DNA of 55,853 bases, filler included, from Bipalium vagum (lineage: Eukaryota): NCBI GenBank assembly GCA_037834085.1. It is 3 parts of 3 records of this genome, joined end to end, with 100 filler letters (N's around TTAATTAATTAA, not from the genome) between each part and the next. Parts side by side here need not be neighbours in the genome. Positions count along the whole stretch, not along the records: positions 39,999 to 55,853 come from JBBMKC010142100.1; 2 more parts are not named here. One strand, 5' to 3'. The notes beneath the pieces were generated by a model. That model made no database searches and was not told the DNA's origin. It was given only the letters and a program-made list of their open reading frames with translations. The translations under genes were made by a program, and so were the position numbers. Positions 53,022 through 55,853 of this stretch are shown here, piece after piece. The stretch's first letter is position 1, and the number at the start of each line of letters is the position of its first letter.

Positions 53022-53495
53022 CACTGTCCAAGATTGAAAAAACTAAAAAATGATATTTGAAAAATTATATGTAACCATTGATGCTGATCATGAACGTAAA
53101 AATCATTTTTGTAAATGTCATAAATTAAAAATATCTTTGAAAAAATCAATTTATATTTATACGTAACTTTGCTTATATGATTAAAATATATAATATTTCT
53201 AACTATTATGTCCAGGCAATGTAAAAATTCACCAGATAAATTCCGTAACATAGTACCAAGTAGCTTTATCTATTGTATTTTAGTTGCAAAGTTGGTACCA
53301 GGATAAAAATTTGAACCTTCATATGTGTTTCATGGACTGTACTAATCTACTAAGAAAATTGTCAAACAGTTCTGGCGGATGCCTTTCATTTCAAGTACCC
53401 ATAGTTTGGCGTGAGTCTAAAGATCATGTTACTTACTGCTATTTCTGCTTAACAATTACAAATGATAATAAAATTTCAATCAGTTATATATAGTT
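53022..53495 (+). mobile_element. Chapaev3-like (CMC) transposon 5' fragment
   Basis: Terminus TTA|CACTG. ORF 53284..53493 reads QDK..H.C..C..FQVPIVWRESKDHVTYCYFC, a Chapa-type zinc motif. Confidence 0.7.
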
Positions 53496-54479
53496 ATATT
53501 TCATGGCACGATATCAAAGAGAGGAAACAAATTAAATACCAAAATCTATTCCTCATTAAATTATTATGATTATGATTATCAGTTTCAGTGAATACTTTGA
53601 AGTTAAAGTCAAGTCTGACATGTTAACTTAAATGATGCGAAACAACCAGTAAAATGTAAGATTATTACTGATGTATTTCCCCATAATTTTAAATTAACGT
53701 TTGTTATACTCGAAATATTTTTTCTGTGGTAATCAATTTCATTTTGCTATGCCCAAAATTTAGTTAAAATCAGATAATTATAAGCTTTGAGTGTATTTTT
53801 AAAATTTATTGGATCGTTCACTTTATCTAATTGTAGAGTGCTGCGTTTTAAGGTAACTGACTTCTTGGAAATTGTTCACAATCCAGCTTATTAATAAGCA
53901 ATTCTTAATTAATAATATATACCCTGTTTATAAGGTTCAAAGGCTACATAGAATTTTTTTCGATAATTTTTTACTTCATAAATTTCTGTTATTATTTTAG
54001 AGAGTATTCTCATATCTGACTTATTTCTGTCCTTTCGGTGCTTCTAAAAAATCTATATTCAGTCAGTTTCAAATTTGCACCAACCTTTACAATAAGGTGC
54101 TCATGGTTTTCAATTTTTCTATGACCAAAGTTCTTATTTTGTAACTAATTATAATTTTTCTTACAATTTTTGACTAATTTCTTTTTTAAAGTTTTTCAAT
54201 TATAACAGCGTTATATATTAAAACAATGATGTGTGATAAATGTTTATAAGAATAATTTTTTTCTAAAAAAACTGTTGGAATTTAAAAATGGCTTAACCAT
54301 TAAAAAAACAATAAATATTTATCTAGTTAATGATTGATTTTACATGATGTTAGAGTTTTGAAAAAATATTACCTACTCCATGCCATAAAAATTGAATTTA
54401 TAATAAAAAAAATCAAGAAAATTCGTATTTACAACTATATAAATGATAAAATGCTAATATTCATCAATGATAAGTAACA

Positions 54480-55460
54480 TCAATACCCACTCCCTTTTAA
54501 GCAATGATGTTATCCACAATTCGAAACTTCATATAGAATAAGGAAGTCAGTGTATCTTCCTTGGTAGACCAAAAATCAACTTGTAAATTGGTCCACAATT
54601 GGTCTAGGTCGTTAGACGTAGATTTTTGCCATCGCTCATTCAAGAAATTGAAGAATTCAAGCTTATTAGTGTTTAAATCGGAAGATTGGGCTGGCCGATT
54701 CATAACAGCGAGTATTTGGTTAAGGTTGTCACCAAAATCATTTAATCTTTCCACATTGCTTTTACCAGCACGTGGACGGACATTATCTATTTGGATGAAA
54801 ACTGTTTGACACCAGTACATTTTGTTGCAGATTACAAGCATGATGAAATCATGCATCAATTCGTAAAAAGAGTCCGAGGTCATTGTTGAATTAAAACTTT
54901 GCATGCTTTTTTGTATATCTTATTGTGATTCTTTAACAATCGCTGGGCTAGATAATCCGACTGAATTCTCCATATATGCCAAGGAGACCGTTAAACTTTT
55001 TTCCGAATTCGATTTCGCATCAGCGATTAGTACCATTTTTTGAGATAATTGTCTTGCTTATTACAGGAACTTTCTTTCTGGAGTTACTGTCACGATACCT
55101 TTTGCTATTAAACGAATGTAGCTAGAACCCATTTTCATCAATATCCACCTATGCGTTCCATCTGTTATTACGGTGTTGCCTTCACCACTTCAGCCTTTTA
55201 TCTTTCTAAACAACTGTTATTAGAGAGTATATTTTCTTATGGACTATTCTAAATTGTGCAACTACAACAATTCTTTGCACGCTGCTACTGGCGATTTGAG
55301 CGGCATTTGTCGCTCTTCATAATTTTCAATATAATGTTTAGACCCTTGCTTCCGGTTCAAAAAACCGATCCCACAATTTTCTGGCATAGCTTTTGTTGAC
55401 TTTGAAATACAGTAGCATATTCTGGTTTCACTTTTTCCATTTTGATCAAAACTTTTCATA
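54480..55460 (-). mobile_element. DD39D-like (plant/stramenopile-type) mariner-related transposase relic
   Basis: Motifs VDIDEN.F, FNGLLGIY and IQIDNVRPRAGKSNVERLNDFG..RPAQSSDLNTNKLEFF. Confidence 0.72.
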
Positions 55461-55745
55461 ATTCAGTAATAAATAAAATTTTTGATTCTTCGAAAGATTT
55501 GACATTCCTAATTCAAAAAATTAGCAATATAATAAACAAATTTAATAATTTAAAACAATCTATTAACGTAAAAAATTGTCATTTATTAAATCCAATTTTT
55601 ATGGCATTGAGAAAGTAAATTAACAGATTGATTTAAATTTTATAATTGCTGTAAGGACGGGATAATTAAGTTTTTAAGAGATTATTATTAGATAATATTT
55701 ATAATGTTATCGGGATCGCACCTCTACATATTTGCTGATTAACTA

Positions 55746-55853
55746 CAGTGCGCGTAAAAAGTCTGTTCACCCCCTTTCAAAAATGCTAATTTTGATATAT
55801 ATTTCAATTTAATTATAAATGGTTGTTTAAATATTAACTTTTTGTAAAGATAT
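55746..55853 (+). mobile_element. Left end of a Tc1-like element running off the window
   Basis: TA|CAGTGCGCGTAAAAAGTCTGTTCACCCC resembles Tc1 TIRs. Confidence 0.55.

Noticed and set aside
1-55853. CRISPR arrays, rRNA, tRNA or prokaryotic operons
   Set aside because: No regularly spaced repeats, structured RNA genes or operon-like gene density were seen.

Overview
Very AT-rich animal genomic DNA. A planarian/flatworm origin is a guess, based on a mariner resembling Dtmar1 and an NPF-receptor-like GPCR. Two identical 100-nt artificial spacers (N44-TTAATTAATTAA-N44) split the window into three blocks whose adjacency is unproven. Only one clearly intact gene is present: an intronless rhodopsin-class neuropeptide Y/F-receptor-like GPCR (46822-47958). 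A probable spliced 5' end of an unknown gene lies at about 42.2-42.6 kb on the minus strand. The rest is mostly decayed transposons: about 19 IS630-Tc1-mariner relics (DD34D mariners, Tc1/Tc3, maT DD37D, a DD37E-like and a DD39D-like element), plus Merlin, hAT, Chapaev3-like, Ty3/Gypsy, a solo LTR and a restriction-like-endonuclease LINE. The most notable signal is largely missed by the ORF track: two decayed Maverick/Polinton (adintovirus-like) regions. The one at about 25.7-32.2 kb keeps PLA2, integrase, adenain protease, penton and pPolB remnants. The one at about 3.2-8.1 kb keeps pPolB and packaging ATPase remnants and shares a homologous block with the first. All family calls come from hand translation and remembered motifs; no searches were run, and relic boundaries are approximate unless TIRs or TSDs are quoted.
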